Shown in pieces: positions 38,321-47,819 of a stretch of DNA of 64,000 bases. The notes beneath the pieces are model-generated. The model had not been told where the DNA came from. It made no database searches and saw only the letters and a list, made by a program, of their open reading frames with translations. The DNA comes from a virus. Each line of letters begins with the position of its first letter. Positions within the stretch are counted from its first letter, which is position 1. The position numbers and the translations under genes are program-made. Where the stretch lies: IMG/VR virus record IMGVR_UViG_3300025073_000042, positions 15,952 to 79,951 of that record. One strand, given 5' to 3'.

Positions 38321-39103
38321 ATGTACTCTCGTGCCCGCGTCGCTCTCACCCTGTCGCATGTGTTCCCCACGTTGGGGATGCCGGACGCGGTGAACCTCAC
38401 CCCTATTCATGTTGGGCACGCGCGGACGTTACTGCTGGGCAGCCTCGTGGCGCAGCACTACGGTTGCCCCTTCCACATTCGGCTCGACGGGCCTTACCGT
38501 GATCCGAACCAAGTTCCTCCGCTGATCGTCGATCGCGGCGATGCGATCCTGGAACTGCTCGGCTGCCTGCGCGCTATGGGGGTGTCGTGGGATCAACTCT
38601 ACTGGTGCCCACAGGAGCCGACATCGCTCTTGTTGGCGAAGCGCGAGGGTCTGGCGCGGATCAAGGCCGGCTGGGCGATGGGAGACATTCACCTCGCACA
38701 GATCCTCGATGATGCAGTGGACCACGCGCCATCGCTGATCGTGCGTGGCGGGGAGTTCGCGCTTGACGGCGACACCACATTCGCGGGTGTCGCGCACCTC
38801 GGGCAATTCGTGGCGACCGAGGAGATGGTGTACTGCGCCCTCGGCGAGCAGAAGCATGAGTTCACGGCGCCGATGGTCTTCCTCGGGCCGGGCAAGATGT
38901 CGAAGTCAAAGCTGACCGTTGTCCCCTGGCAAGTTCTCACCTCGCTCCCACCTGAAGGAGTGAGGCGCTTCCTACTGGCGACAGCTATGCGACCCGACGA
39001 TCCGTTAGCCGCATTCGATGATCCGTTCAGCCTCGACCATCTTGATCCACGTCCCTATCGTTGGGACTGGAAGCAGTGGGCGCAGGCAGTGAAAAGGGGC
39101 TGA
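38321..39103 (+). CDS. Minimal class I aminoacyl-tRNA synthetase-like (GluRS/GluQ-like) catalytic domain
   Basis: HIGH-like IHVGHART, HIRLD, IVRGGE and KMSKS; only 260 aa, no anticodon-binding domain. Confidence 0.7.
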   Translation: MYSRARVALTLSHVFPTLGMPDAVNLTPIHVGHARTLLLGSLVAQHYGCPFHIRLDGPYRDPNQVPPLIVDRGDAILELLGCLRAMGVSWDQLYWCPQEPTSLLLAKREGLARIKAGWAMGDIHLAQILDDAVDHAPSLIVRGGEFALDGDTTFAGVAHLGQFVATEEMVYCALGEQKHEFTAPMVFLGPGKMSKSKLTVVPWQVLTSLPPEGVRRFLLATAMRPDDPLAAFDDPFSLDHLDPRPYRWDWKQWAQAVKRG

Positions 39104-39104
39104 C

Positions 39105-40010
39105 ATGCCGCTCGTGCGACACGATCCTGACTTGAGGTTCGGGCCGTCTCGCGAGGAGAGGATACCCGACGAGCCTTGCATTCTGACCGATGCAGATTAC
39201 GAAACCGTCATCGGTCGAAAGCCGGCTCTGCCGTTGTACTTCTCACCGACTGAGCTATTGACGACGGACTCAACCGTCGGCTACCTGCCGGGGCGCGTCG
39301 TGCTACAAAGCATGAGCGGCGAGGAGCATCTATTCAGGTCCGACCTCTTCGACTTGGTCTGTCCGCAGGATGTGCTGTTCTCCTTCCTCTTCCAGCCCTG
39401 CGAGTCGGCAGACCCCGTGCCGCTCGTGCCCATGTGGAAACGTCTGCGACGGGCGATCCGTGACGTTGGGCCGCAGGTGTACGCTGTGCTTGTCGGCAAT
39501 GTCCATGCTGAGACCCGCTTCGACCGGATGCTCCGCGCCGAGACCGACGAGTGTCGCACGGAGTCCGTCCGGCGCCTCGTCGAGTTCGTGAAGCGCGCGG
39601 GTGGGATGCTGCGCGACTGGGGCGCGCGGCCGGCCTTTGGGATCGTCTCGCCGCAGATCATCCTGCACGCCTACTGGGCCGACCAACACCTGCCGGGCGG
39701 GGATCCGCTCCTGCCGGTGTTGCGGGACATGGGCGCGCTGGTGATCTCCTTCTCGGGCTGCCCCGAGTGGTGGGCCAGCCGCGAGGAGTTCTGGCCGCAG
39801 CACGGCAAGCAGCGGACGTATCAGTGGTACGCGCAGAACGAGGACCTCGACGAGTGGCCGTTCCAGCGAATCATCAACTGGGTGAGCGCCGTCGAGTGTT
39901 GGGCAGGGGTGGAGTACCTCGCCGGGCTGCAGGCGGGCAACGACCTCAAGCTCGCGGCCGGAGGTTTCCGAGCTGGGGTCATCGGCGAGCTGCCGGACGG
40001 CTCGCGATGA
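39105..40010 (+). CDS. Hypothetical protein
   Basis: 301-aa coupled ORF. Confidence 0.6.
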   Translation: MPLVRHDPDLRFGPSREERIPDEPCILTDADYETVIGRKPALPLYFSPTELLTTDSTVGYLPGRVVLQSMSGEEHLFRSDLFDLVCPQDVLFSFLFQPCESADPVPLVPMWKRLRRAIRDVGPQVYAVLVGNVHAETRFDRMLRAETDECRTESVRRLVEFVKRAGGMLRDWGARPAFGIVSPQIILHAYWADQHLPGGDPLLPVLRDMGALVISFSGCPEWWASREEFWPQHGKQRTYQWYAQNEDLDEWPFQRIINWVSAVECWAGVEYLAGLQAGNDLKLAAGGFRAGVIGELPDGSR

Positions 40011-40026
40011 GAGAGAGGAGCACAAG

Positions 40027-40857
40027 ATGAGTCAACCGAAGGTGGCCGTGATTTGCCGGTTCTGGAACGGCGAGGACCTCGTTGGCGATTGGTTGGCGGC
40101 GATTGAGCCGTGGGCCGTCAACGTGTTCCTTCTGGACGCGGGCTCCTCGGACGACACCTGGCGGTCTCTGCAGGAGATGACGGAACTCCACTGGCTGAAC
40201 TTCCCCGGCGGCCTGTACCGCCTCCCGCCCTCGGCGCCGATGCTCAGCGGTTTCTACACGAACCTGCTCTTGCGGATGCTCGACGACGCGCAGCCGGAGC
40301 TGGTCGTCCATCTGGACCAGGACGAGTTCCTCGAGCCGGAGATCGTGGACTGGTTCCCGCGCATGGTCGCCGACCCGGAGCACGACGCATGGAGCATCGT
40401 CCGCCGCAACTTCGTCTTCGGGCGGGAGCGGTACGAGACGACCGCGAAGGTCATGCGGTTCCGCGAGCACTTCTGTTACCGCTGGGCGCCGGGCCTCCGG
40501 CACCCGTCGCCGCTGCCGAACGGCAAGCCTCGCCAGCAGGGCATTCACCACCTGGAGCGCATCCCGCTCGGGCACCCCGCGCGCGAGGACACCGAGCCCG
40601 ACGGCGCGAACGGCTACGTGCCTCAGCTCAACGCGCGCCTCGGGGCCTTGCCCAACGCGGGGCCGTGGATGCTGCACTACAACTTCCGCAACGAGGCCCG
40701 CAACCGTCTGCACTACAACCGCCTGAGGTCGCAGGCGCATGAGGACCGCCCAAACCTGCTCGCGACCCGGGAGACGCTGAACTGCCCGACGGAGCAGTAC
40801 GTGCCGTTTGCGGAGCGGCTGACCGCCGCGCAGCGAGAGGAGTTGACCCTCGCATGA
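40027..40857 (+). CDS. GT2-like glycosyltransferase
   Basis: LLDAGSSDDT, HLDQDE and LHY motifs. Confidence 0.8.
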   Translation: MSQPKVAVICRFWNGEDLVGDWLAAIEPWAVNVFLLDAGSSDDTWRSLQEMTELHWLNFPGGLYRLPPSAPMLSGFYTNLLLRMLDDAQPELVVHLDQDEFLEPEIVDWFPRMVADPEHDAWSIVRRNFVFGRERYETTAKVMRFREHFCYRWAPGLRHPSPLPNGKPRQQGIHHLERIPLGHPAREDTEPDGANGYVPQLNARLGALPNAGPWMLHYNFRNEARNRLHYNRLRSQAHEDRPNLLATRETLNCPTEQYVPFAERLTAAQREELTLA

Positions 40858-41657
40858 TCGCTCCCCAGACCGTCGTGGTCGGCTGCGGCTGTGTGGGCGA
40901 GGCGACGGCGCGTGTGTTGGAGGCGTCGGGCATTGAGGTGGGGCGCCATGACCCCGCGCGGAAGCTCGATCTCTCGGCTGTCTCCGGACCGCGCACGCAG
41001 GACGTCATTATCTGCCTACCCACACCGGGCACGACCGACGCGACGCCCGCGGCGTTGGACTGCTCCTTGGTCGAGGCGGCGCTGCGCGAGTGGGCGGAGC
41101 GTTGTCCCGAGGCGCGGATCGTCGTGCGCAGCACGGTCCCGCCGGACTTCTGGGCGGGGCTCCCCTGGCCCCTGCGCGCCCGCTGTGTGCACTGGCCCTG
41201 CTTCGCGGAGCACTGGCGGCTGGAGGAGTTCGAGACGCGGCCGCCGTTCGTGGTCTTCGGTGTGGATCAACCTGAAGTGGTCGCCCGGATGGGTTGGGAT
41301 GAGGTGGCTCCGTACCTGCCCGACGGTCAGATTCTTGCCTGTTCCCTGGAGTGCGCCTCGTGGATCAAGCTCTCCACTAACGCCCTCTACGCGGCGAACG
41401 TCGTGCTCGCCAACGAACTCGCCGCGTTGGGCGCATCCTACGGCGTAGAGTGGGACGAGGTGCGAAAGGCCCTTGACGCGAATCCACGTTTGGGGGATAC
41501 TTTCGCCGTCAGCCTGGTCGGCGGCTACGGGGGCGCGTGCCTGACGAAGGATGTGGGGCACATCGCCCGGCTCGCCGACGAGCACGCAGCCGGCCGGGTC
41601 GGTCTGTTGCGGTTCCTGGGGCTCGCCAACGAGGAGTGCCGACGCCATGCCGGGTGA
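40854..41657 (+). CDS. UDP-glucose/GDP-mannose dehydrogenase-like protein (short form)
   Basis: VGCGCVG, ICLPTP, VRSTVPP, KL..N, ANE and GYGGACLTKD. Confidence 0.85.
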   Translation: MIAPQTVVVGCGCVGEATARVLEASGIEVGRHDPARKLDLSAVSGPRTQDVIICLPTPGTTDATPAALDCSLVEAALREWAERCPEARIVVRSTVPPDFWAGLPWPLRARCVHWPCFAEHWRLEEFETRPPFVVFGVDQPEVVARMGWDEVAPYLPDGQILACSLECASWIKLSTNALYAANVVLANELAALGASYGVEWDEVRKALDANPRLGDTFAVSLVGGYGGACLTKDVGHIARLADEHAAGRVGLLRFLGLANEECRRHAG

Positions 41658-42492
41658 AGCGATCGTCGTCGCCGGCGTCCGCGCGAAGAACGAGGCCTCG
41701 ATCCTCGGCGAGACCTTGCCCCTTTTGCTTCGCCACTGCGATGCGGTCGTCGTGCTGGATAACGGCTCCACGGACGACACGGCGGCCGTCGCCGCGCAGT
41801 GTGGATGTCACGTCCTCTGCTACCGTCCGCCCTTCTACCACGAGGCGCTGGAGCGAACGATCCTCAACCACCTCTGTCAGTTCGTCGCCGCGGGACTTGC
41901 CGAGGGCGACCTCTCCCGCTGTTACGAACTGTCCGCCGACGCCGACGAGGTGTGGGACGGCGACCTGCGGGCGGAGGTCGAGGCAGTCCACGCGGGGCAT
42001 GATTCCGGCGCGTTCGCCTGGAGCTTCCCGCTCTACGACCTGCGGCTGTGCAGCGCGGCGCCCGAGGAGCATCTGGTCGTTTCGCCGCTCTACCCGCATC
42101 GGTGCTGGGCGGAGCCCTTCTTCCGGCGCATCCCGCGCTTGTGGCGACTCGACGGTCCGCTGGTGGTTTTCCCGTTCCGCGAGCACCACACGACGCTGCC
42201 GAACTTCCCGGCGGGTTCCGTCCGGCAAGCGACGACGCCGGTGCGGCATTACGGCCTGTGCCGGTCAGTCGCCGACTTCGAGGCGAAGCGCGAACGCTAC
42301 TCGACGGGGCAGCACGCTGGTCAGGCGTACTCCCGCGAGTGGGAGTTGGCGCACGCCGTGATCGACAGGGAGCACCTCGTGCGCTGGGAGCCGGGCGCTC
42401 CGCCGCCGGCGGGGGTTGAGTGTCACCTCGGCAGCAACGTCGCCAAGCGCGACCCCGACAACAGAGACCGCATCATCAGCGCCGTCTGGTAG
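41647..42492 (+). CDS. GT2-like glycosyltransferase
   Basis: KNEA, VLDNGSTDDT, DADE and RHYG motifs. Confidence 0.8.
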   Translation: MPGEAIVVAGVRAKNEASILGETLPLLLRHCDAVVVLDNGSTDDTAAVAAQCGCHVLCYRPPFYHEALERTILNHLCQFVAAGLAEGDLSRCYELSADADEVWDGDLRAEVEAVHAGHDSGAFAWSFPLYDLRLCSAAPEEHLVVSPLYPHRCWAEPFFRRIPRLWRLDGPLVVFPFREHHTTLPNFPAGSVRQATTPVRHYGLCRSVADFEAKRERYSTGQHAGQAYSREWELAHAVIDREHLVRWEPGAPPPAGVECHLGSNVAKRDPDNRDRIISAVW

Positions 42493-42930
42493 GTGGCGAC
42501 AATGGCGAGCTTCAACGAGACGGACCCGACCCTTGGCCGGGGCATGGCCGACTCCCTGCGCGCCGGGGACTTCGCGCCGAGCCACTACGCGCGGATGCGC
42601 GTGATCGCCGTCACGGCGACGCCGACGCGGCTCAACGACCTCCTCGGATTGGCGGAGGCGGGCGCCGATCCCGGCCCCTCGCGCGGCGTGACGAAGGTTC
42701 GCCTGTGGCCGCGCGGGGAGAAGTTCTGGTTGAAGCGGGACCCGGCGGAGACGTTGACGCACGGCGAGTTCGAGGCCGACGGCGAGTACCTGATCGTGGG
42801 CGAGGACGCGGACCTCGGGGCGACGGACGTGGCGGTGGCGGTGCTGATCCTGCCCGACAACCCGTGGCTGATGCTGGCGCAAGGCTACGGCTATGGGGCG
42901 GATTCGACGGTGCTGGTCGAGGAGCTGTGA
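42493..42930 (+). CDS. Hypothetical protein
   Basis: Coupled ORF. Confidence 0.55.
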   Translation: MATMASFNETDPTLGRGMADSLRAGDFAPSHYARMRVIAVTATPTRLNDLLGLAEAGADPGPSRGVTKVRLWPRGEKFWLKRDPAETLTHGEFEADGEYLIVGEDADLGATDVAVAVLILPDNPWLMLAQGYGYGADSTVLVEEL

Positions 42931-42981
42931 GCCGCGCCGAACCCGATCCCAAGGCGGAGTAGCGCCGGGTGGAGCTTTGCG

Positions 42982-43407
42982 ATGACCTTCGACTCGACCG
43001 TGACTCTCGGCAACCTGCTGACGATTCTCACCCTCGCGCTGGGCCTCCTGGCGGCTATCATCAGTTCGCGGGTTGAGCAGGCCAAGGCCGGAGCCCGCAT
43101 CGATGCGTTGGAGAAGGGCAAGGTCGCGACGGTTGACTGTCTTCGGAGCCACGGAGAGACCGTCACCACAGGCTTCTGCCGGCAACAGCACGAGCGGTCC
43201 AACTCCGTCATCGAGAGGCTATCTGAGGAGTTCGGTGGGCTGGGGTTGCAGGTCCGGGAGTTGGTGACGAACCAACACTGGGTGATGGACTCGCTGAAGC
43301 TGATGAACGCGCATGGGGTCAAGACCGCGAACCCGCGACCGGCGGAGTTACCGCCGGACCCGCGCGACCGCCCGCAGGACGGGTGGGACCCGAAGGAGGC
43401 CGAGTAG
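42982..43407 (+). CDS. Membrane-anchored coiled-coil protein (lysis-module, holin/XhlA-like)
   Basis: N-terminal TM TLGNLLTILTLALGLLAAII; immediately before endolysin. Confidence 0.5.
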   Translation: MTFDSTVTLGNLLTILTLALGLLAAIISSRVEQAKAGARIDALEKGKVATVDCLRSHGETVTTGFCRQQHERSNSVIERLSEEFGGLGLQVRELVTNQHWVMDSLKLMNAHGVKTANPRPAELPPDPRDRPQDGWDPKEAE

Positions 43408-43409
43408 CC

Positions 43410-44204
43410 ATGAGCGAGTGGAATGAGCTACATCCCGCCGACCAGCAGGTGTACACGTCGTTGGGCGTGACGCCAGGCGATATGACGCAGGTCGTTGGAA
43501 CCGCCACTGCCTCGGCGGGCTATCACCTCGCTGAGGGCTACATCGACGGGCGGCCCTACACATCCTGTGCCGACCTCGCGGCGCACGACAGGTTTCTGAC
43601 CCGCGCCTGGGCCTCGCGCGCCTATGCGGCGAAGCGCATCGCCTTCTTCCGCGACTACCAGGATCACATGAGCCAGCATATCCATGTGGTCTCCGTCGGC
43701 CTTCGCGACCAGTGGGGTCGGACGCGCATCCAGCCCGGTCCCCGAATGCAGATCATCGACTTCATCCGAGGGCTGAACGGGCTGGTCAACCATCGGGCAA
43801 TCCGCCAACCGTTCACGCCGACCGTCGCCGAGTGCGCCGCCGTCTCCGCCGCCTACAACGTGTGGGCCCCGGGGGTGCGGACGAAGGTCTACGCCGAGGA
43901 CGGGCGCTGGATTCCCTGCTACGCGTTCGGCGAGAACGGCACGACGCGCTGCGAGGTCCGCGCCCTCGTGGAGGGCATCGAGCCGGGGCGCTTCGCGGTC
44001 GGTTTCGAGGAGGGCCATGTAGTCGTGCGCGATACGCAGTCCGGCGACACCCTCCCCCTCGTCAACGCCCGCCCGGTGCTGGAGGGCGGCTTCACGCGCG
44101 CCAACGTGCGGGGGATCGTGGAAGCACTACCCGGTTGGGGGATCAAGAGCTTCGAGTTGTTCGACGACGGGGAGTGGGCGAAGATCGTGGTAGCCCACGC
44201 CTGA
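43410..44204 (+). CDS. Endolysin, Zn-peptidase (M15/LAS-like) with C-terminal binding repeats
   Basis: SAGYH...CADL...HIHVV; two C-terminal G.T...VR..VE repeats. Confidence 0.65.
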   Translation: MSEWNELHPADQQVYTSLGVTPGDMTQVVGTATASAGYHLAEGYIDGRPYTSCADLAAHDRFLTRAWASRAYAAKRIAFFRDYQDHMSQHIHVVSVGLRDQWGRTRIQPGPRMQIIDFIRGLNGLVNHRAIRQPFTPTVAECAAVSAAYNVWAPGVRTKVYAEDGRWIPCYAFGENGTTRCEVRALVEGIEPGRFAVGFEEGHVVVRDTQSGDTLPLVNARPVLEGGFTRANVRGIVEALPGWGIKSFELFDDGEWAKIVVAHA

Positions 44205-44311
44205 CGCATCCCACGGCCCTCCGCCGCCGCGAGGGCCGCCTTACCCACAAACTCGCCGGAAGGCCGCCGGGGCGCGCGAGGGGCGGCCTACTGAACGGAG
44301 GAACGGAACCG

Positions 44312-44620
44312 ATGGATGCACTGCTCAAGGAGTTCGTCGCGAACGCCGCGCTCCAGGCGGCCGTGATCGGCGCGGTCGTCTGGGTCGTCATCGCCGGCCT
44401 GAAGAAGGGCGGCATCCTGCCGGCCGAAGGCGCCGATCTCACGAAGCGAATCACGGCGGCGGTCGGCTGCGTCCTGCTGGGTGCCGCGCAGACCTGGCTG
44501 ACGTGGCAGGCGTCGGGGCTCCCGCCGGACTGGGGCAAGCTCGTCGCGGCCGTGATCGTCGCCTGGTTCGCGGCGGCCGGCGCGCACACCGTCACCAAGA
44601 AGAAAGGAGCCACCCCATGA
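44312..44620 (+). CDS. Holin
   Basis: About 100 aa, three TM segments, basic C-terminus; follows endolysin. Confidence 0.7.
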   Translation: MDALLKEFVANAALQAAVIGAVVWVVIAGLKKGGILPAEGADLTKRITAAVGCVLLGAAQTWLTWQASGLPPDWGKLVAAVIVAWFAAAGAHTVTKKKGATP

Positions 44621-44967
44621 AGCGAGTCCTGTTGCCGTTCGTGCTGTTCGCCCTGGCCGCGGCGGCCGTCGCCGACGGGGCGATTGAGGTGTCCGTCGTT
44701 CAGTCCACGTTCGTCGGTAGGCCATTCGTCGGGACGGTCGGGAGCATCCGGCTCTGTACGCTGGAGGCCCCGAACCCGTTCGGCGAGCTTGCCTGCTACG
44801 CGGACGGTGGCGTGCGTCTCAGCGAGACGACTGAGAACAGCATTGCGGGTTTCCTCGTCGGCGCATCGGTAGGCCAACGCGGGAGTGCACTAAGGTTCGG
44901 AGCGGGGTACATTTACCCAGACTCCAGCCTGACGGTATACACAAGGGCAGTTCTCATGCGGTGGTGA
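44617..44967 (+). CDS. Secreted beta-strand-rich protein in the lysis cassette
   Basis: Signal peptide MKRVLLPFVLFALAAAAVA; amphipathic strands; ends in W. Confidence 0.55.
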   Translation: MKRVLLPFVLFALAAAAVADGAIEVSVVQSTFVGRPFVGTVGSIRLCTLEAPNPFGELACYADGGVRLSETTENSIAGFLVGASVGQRGSALRFGAGYIYPDSSLTVYTRAVLMRW

Positions 44968-44970
44968 TTG

Positions 44971-44999
44971 TTGACTTCGCGGTCTCGACATGGTACTAT
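44971..44999 (+). promoter_or_regulatory. Sigma70-type promoter
   Basis: TTGACT-17 bp-TACTAT. Confidence 0.7.
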
Positions 45000-45205
45000 G
45001 TAAAGGCCTGCGGAGGCTACCACAACTGACCTAAGATCACCTCGCCCGACTTCGACCCGCCTCCGCAGGCACGGTCGGAGTCGGGCGTTGTGTTTCCGGC
45101 GAGGGTGGGGCGGGATCGAGACCTGCCAGTTCTGGCGTTGGCCCGCCAGACCGCCTTAGGACATAGGGGAGGCTCACCCTCGGCCAGCCGGATGGGAGGA
45201 ATTGG

Positions 45206-45883
45206 ATGACGGGACAATCTGGGGCAGGGATGGTAGCTTGCGCCTGCGGCTGCGGGAAGATGCGATCAGCATTCGATAAGAAGGGAAGACCACGCGCCTA
45301 CATCAAAGGGCATGGACAGCAGGAGCATTACCCGCTGGCATCGGAGGAACTCCCGGACTTACCAAACGAAGTCTGGAAATCCTGCCGTGACTTTCCGCGA
45401 TATGAGGTTTCTTCGCTTGGCCGCGTTCGGCGCCGGCCCCCTGTCAGGTCTTCGCATGGTCCTGTCATCATGGACTCGCACCCAGACCCATGCGGATACC
45501 CTCTGGTGAATATCTACGCGGACGGCACCGCTGCAAACAAGAAGGTACATCAGCTTGTCGCCGCTGCGTTCATCGGGAAGGTCCCCGAGGGATTGGAATG
45601 CCACCACCTCAACGGGGTAAAAACCGACAACCGCGCGCGGAACCTAGGGTACATATCCCACGCAGCCAACGTCGCTCACGCATTCCAGACCGGACTCGCC
45701 GACGGTGAGCATTGTCGCGGCAGTAAGCAACACCTGTCGAAGTTGACGGAAAGCGAAGTACTCCGTATCCGTGAACTGCTATCAAACGGAAAGCGCGTCT
45801 ACGAGGTAGCCGAACTGTTCGGAGTGAATTGGAGTACCATCGACCGCATTCTAAAGCGGGAGACGTGGGGATGGCTTGACTAG
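45206..45883 (+). CDS. NUMOD4-HNH homing endonuclease with C-terminal HTH
   Basis: EVWK....YEVSSLGRVR; VHQLVA.AF; HLNG.KTDN...NL....H..N; KLTE.EV..IR. Confidence 0.9.
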   Translation: MTGQSGAGMVACACGCGKMRSAFDKKGRPRAYIKGHGQQEHYPLASEELPDLPNEVWKSCRDFPRYEVSSLGRVRRRPPVRSSHGPVIMDSHPDPCGYPLVNIYADGTAANKKVHQLVAAAFIGKVPEGLECHHLNGVKTDNRARNLGYISHAANVAHAFQTGLADGEHCRGSKQHLSKLTESEVLRIRELLSNGKRVYEVAELFGVNWSTIDRILKRETWGWLD

Positions 45884-46063
45884 AGCAACCCGCCCGCGCA
45901 ATGGCGCGGGCTGGAGGCCGGTGCGCAACGGCCTCCGCTTCTACCACGGGGCAGTGGGTGCCCGACCCTCAACGCGCGCCTCCGGGAGGCTTCCGGAGGC
46001 GCGCTGCGATTCTGGATTGGCGGTACGGGGACGGCAGGGGACTCTATAGCCGAAAAATACTTC

Positions 46064-46092
46064 TTGACAGAAGGCTTTATCTCCTGTATGAT
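46064..46092 (+). promoter_or_regulatory. Strong early-type promoter
   Basis: TTGACA-17 bp-TATGAT with extended TG and A-rich upstream tract. Confidence 0.8.
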
Positions 46093-46131
46093 ACCCTACA
46101 GTAGACCGAACAACAGACCAGGAGGCCCGAG

Positions 46132-46350
46132 ATGACCCGCAACGAACAGACGACGCCGATCAAGTACCGGGCGACGATCAAGCAGGATGGCCGCGAATGC
46201 GTTGTCCTCCCGCGGAGCAAGAAGACCGGGCTCTTCCGCACCGTCCAGGCCGCATTCAATGCGCTGGAGAAGGCGGGCCGCAACCTGACGCACGACGCGC
46301 AGGGCTGGGTCAGGGGCACGGACGGAAGCTCCAACACTATTGCGCTGTGA
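46132..46350 (+). CDS. Hypothetical early protein
   Basis: SD AGGAGG. Confidence 0.6.
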   Translation: MTRNEQTTPIKYRATIKQDGRECVVLPRSKKTGLFRTVQAAFNALEKAGRNLTHDAQGWVRGTDGSSNTIAL

Positions 46351-46437
46351 AGCCTCACCGGGGCGCCCGCCCCGTCTGCCGACTGAGAGGGCAGACCGGA
46401 TGGACGAGCCGAACACACAGAGAGAGGAACCAATCCG

Positions 46438-46743
46438 ATGACCCAGACCACCGAGCAGATCCTCCAGCAGGAAGAGACGGAGCGCCAGGAGTGGGAGGCG
46501 CAGACCGAGGCCTTCCGTCTGCACGACGGACAGTCCCTCACAGTGGCCGACGCGCGCAAGCTCTTTGACGCCGTGGCCGACCCTCAGAACTGGAAGGCGC
46601 CCTGCGCCGCGTTCGTTCCCGCTCCCGCCGCGGAGGCCGTCTGCAAGGCCATTGAGTTCTACCACGGCGCGCGGGCGACGGTGGCCGGCATCCAGCCGCT
46701 CACCGGCAAGGTCCTCGTTGAGAGTACGGGATACGCCTGCTGA
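46438..46743 (+). CDS. Hypothetical early protein
   Basis: SD GAGAGGA. Confidence 0.65.
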   Translation: MTQTTEQILQQEETERQEWEAQTEAFRLHDGQSLTVADARKLFDAVADPQNWKAPCAAFVPAPAAEAVCKAIEFYHGARATVAGIQPLTGKVLVESTGYAC

Positions 46744-46791
46744 AGCTTCACCGGGGCGCGCATGGTACACGCGCAGGAAGCGAGGCCCATC

Positions 46792-46998
46792 ATGCCGAAG
46801 CCTAAGACCCTGACCTACCCCGAAGCCGCCGAGGCCCTGGGCGTGACGCCTACCCGCGTGGGGCAGCTCGTGCGAGCCGGTCGCCTGCCGGGCGCGGGGT
46901 ACGACGCTGAGACGGGCCGCCGCCTCGTGGAGCGGGCTGCGGTCCTCCGCCGCAAGCGCCGCCCGCCGAAGGCCGGCCGCCCGCCGAAACGCGCTTGA
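46792..46998 (+). CDS. Excisionase-like HTH (HTH_17) DNA-binding protein
   Basis: LT..EAAE.LGV...RV.QL.R.G.L; basic GRP tail. Confidence 0.75.
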   Translation: MPKPKTLTYPEAAEALGVTPTRVGQLVRAGRLPGAGYDAETGRRLVERAAVLRRKRRPPKAGRPPKRA

Positions 46999-47023
46999 CA
47001 GGCCGTCAATGCCATGCTATATA
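46995..47023 (+). promoter_or_regulatory. Promoter with TTGAC-N5-GTCAA operator-like palindrome
   Basis: TTGACA-17-TATATA; -35 box lies within TTGACAGGCCGTCAA. Confidence 0.7.
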
Positions 47024-47072
47024 GTACTCGCTGTACGGATTCCCTTGGCAGACCAAGAGCCTATGTAATAGG

Positions 47073-47109
47073 AGACGCGCCTCCAGTGCGGGGCGCGTCA
47101 TTGTTTTTG
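47073..47109 (+). terminator. Intrinsic terminator
   Basis: GACGCGCCTC..GGGGCGCGTC followed by ATTGTTTTT. Confidence 0.7.
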
Positions 47110-47120
47110 ATCCGGCCCGC

Positions 47121-47149
47121 TTGACAGGCCGTTGACGCCGTGCTATAGT
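47121..47149 (+). promoter_or_regulatory. Promoter of the same family
   Basis: TTGACAGGCCGTTGAC; TTGACA-17-TATAGT. Confidence 0.7.
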
Positions 47150-47183
47150 GACTGCCGACGGACCTGATAGAGAGGAGCGGAGA

Positions 47184-47819
47184 ATGCTGATTGACACTGG
47201 TGGGCTGTGGATCAACCCGCAGTACATCATAGCGGTTGAGGATGCGGGAGAAGCAGCGCGGCTTCTCGGCCTTCGCACTCGTTTCTGGACGAGCAAGCCG
47301 TTTGGCCCGCAGGATAGCTGTGGTGCGTTTGAGAGTGAGTTGGAGCCTCGGGAGTTCGTGGCGCGCATGGAACGACGAGGAAAGGAGCGATCCTGTGGAA
47401 CATCCGAAGCCGGTCCCCCTGACCCTCGCCCCTCGAGTCCGTGGGCTTGGTTGTGCGAGTTCTGCTTCCGCGTGATCGCTGAGGGGCCGCTTCCCTCCAG
47501 TTGGGAACTGGTTTGGCAATCGGCGGTCTGTCCCGAGTGTCAGAAGCGCGTAGCAGAGCGGGGAGGGTACGCGGTAGTGCCCGGTGGCGCCTTCGCACAG
47601 GGGCCTGATCCGCGCGAGAACAACTACATGGCGCGGTTCCTCGATCTACGGGCACAGGCGCCCGCCGAACCCCGCCTCACCCTCGCCCTCTCCCGCGACG
47701 GCGACTCCTGGTGCGCGCTTCTGGGGACGAATCTCCAGGAGGGCACGGCCGGGTTCGGCGCGACGCGGGGCGAGGCCCTGCGGGCGTTGGCGCAGGCGCT
47801 GGAGGGTGAGTCGGCATGA
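47184..47819 (+). CDS. Hypothetical protein with CxxC pairs
   Basis: SD AGAGGAG; C-terminal DG..WCAL.G.NLQEG.AGFG.T..EAL segment. Confidence 0.55.
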   Translation: MLIDTGGLWINPQYIIAVEDAGEAARLLGLRTRFWTSKPFGPQDSCGAFESELEPREFVARMERRGKERSCGTSEAGPPDPRPSSPWAWLCEFCFRVIAEGPLPSSWELVWQSAVCPECQKRVAERGGYAVVPGGAFAQGPDPRENNYMARFLDLRAQAPAEPRLTLALSRDGDSWCALLGTNLQEGTAGFGATRGEALRALAQALEGESA

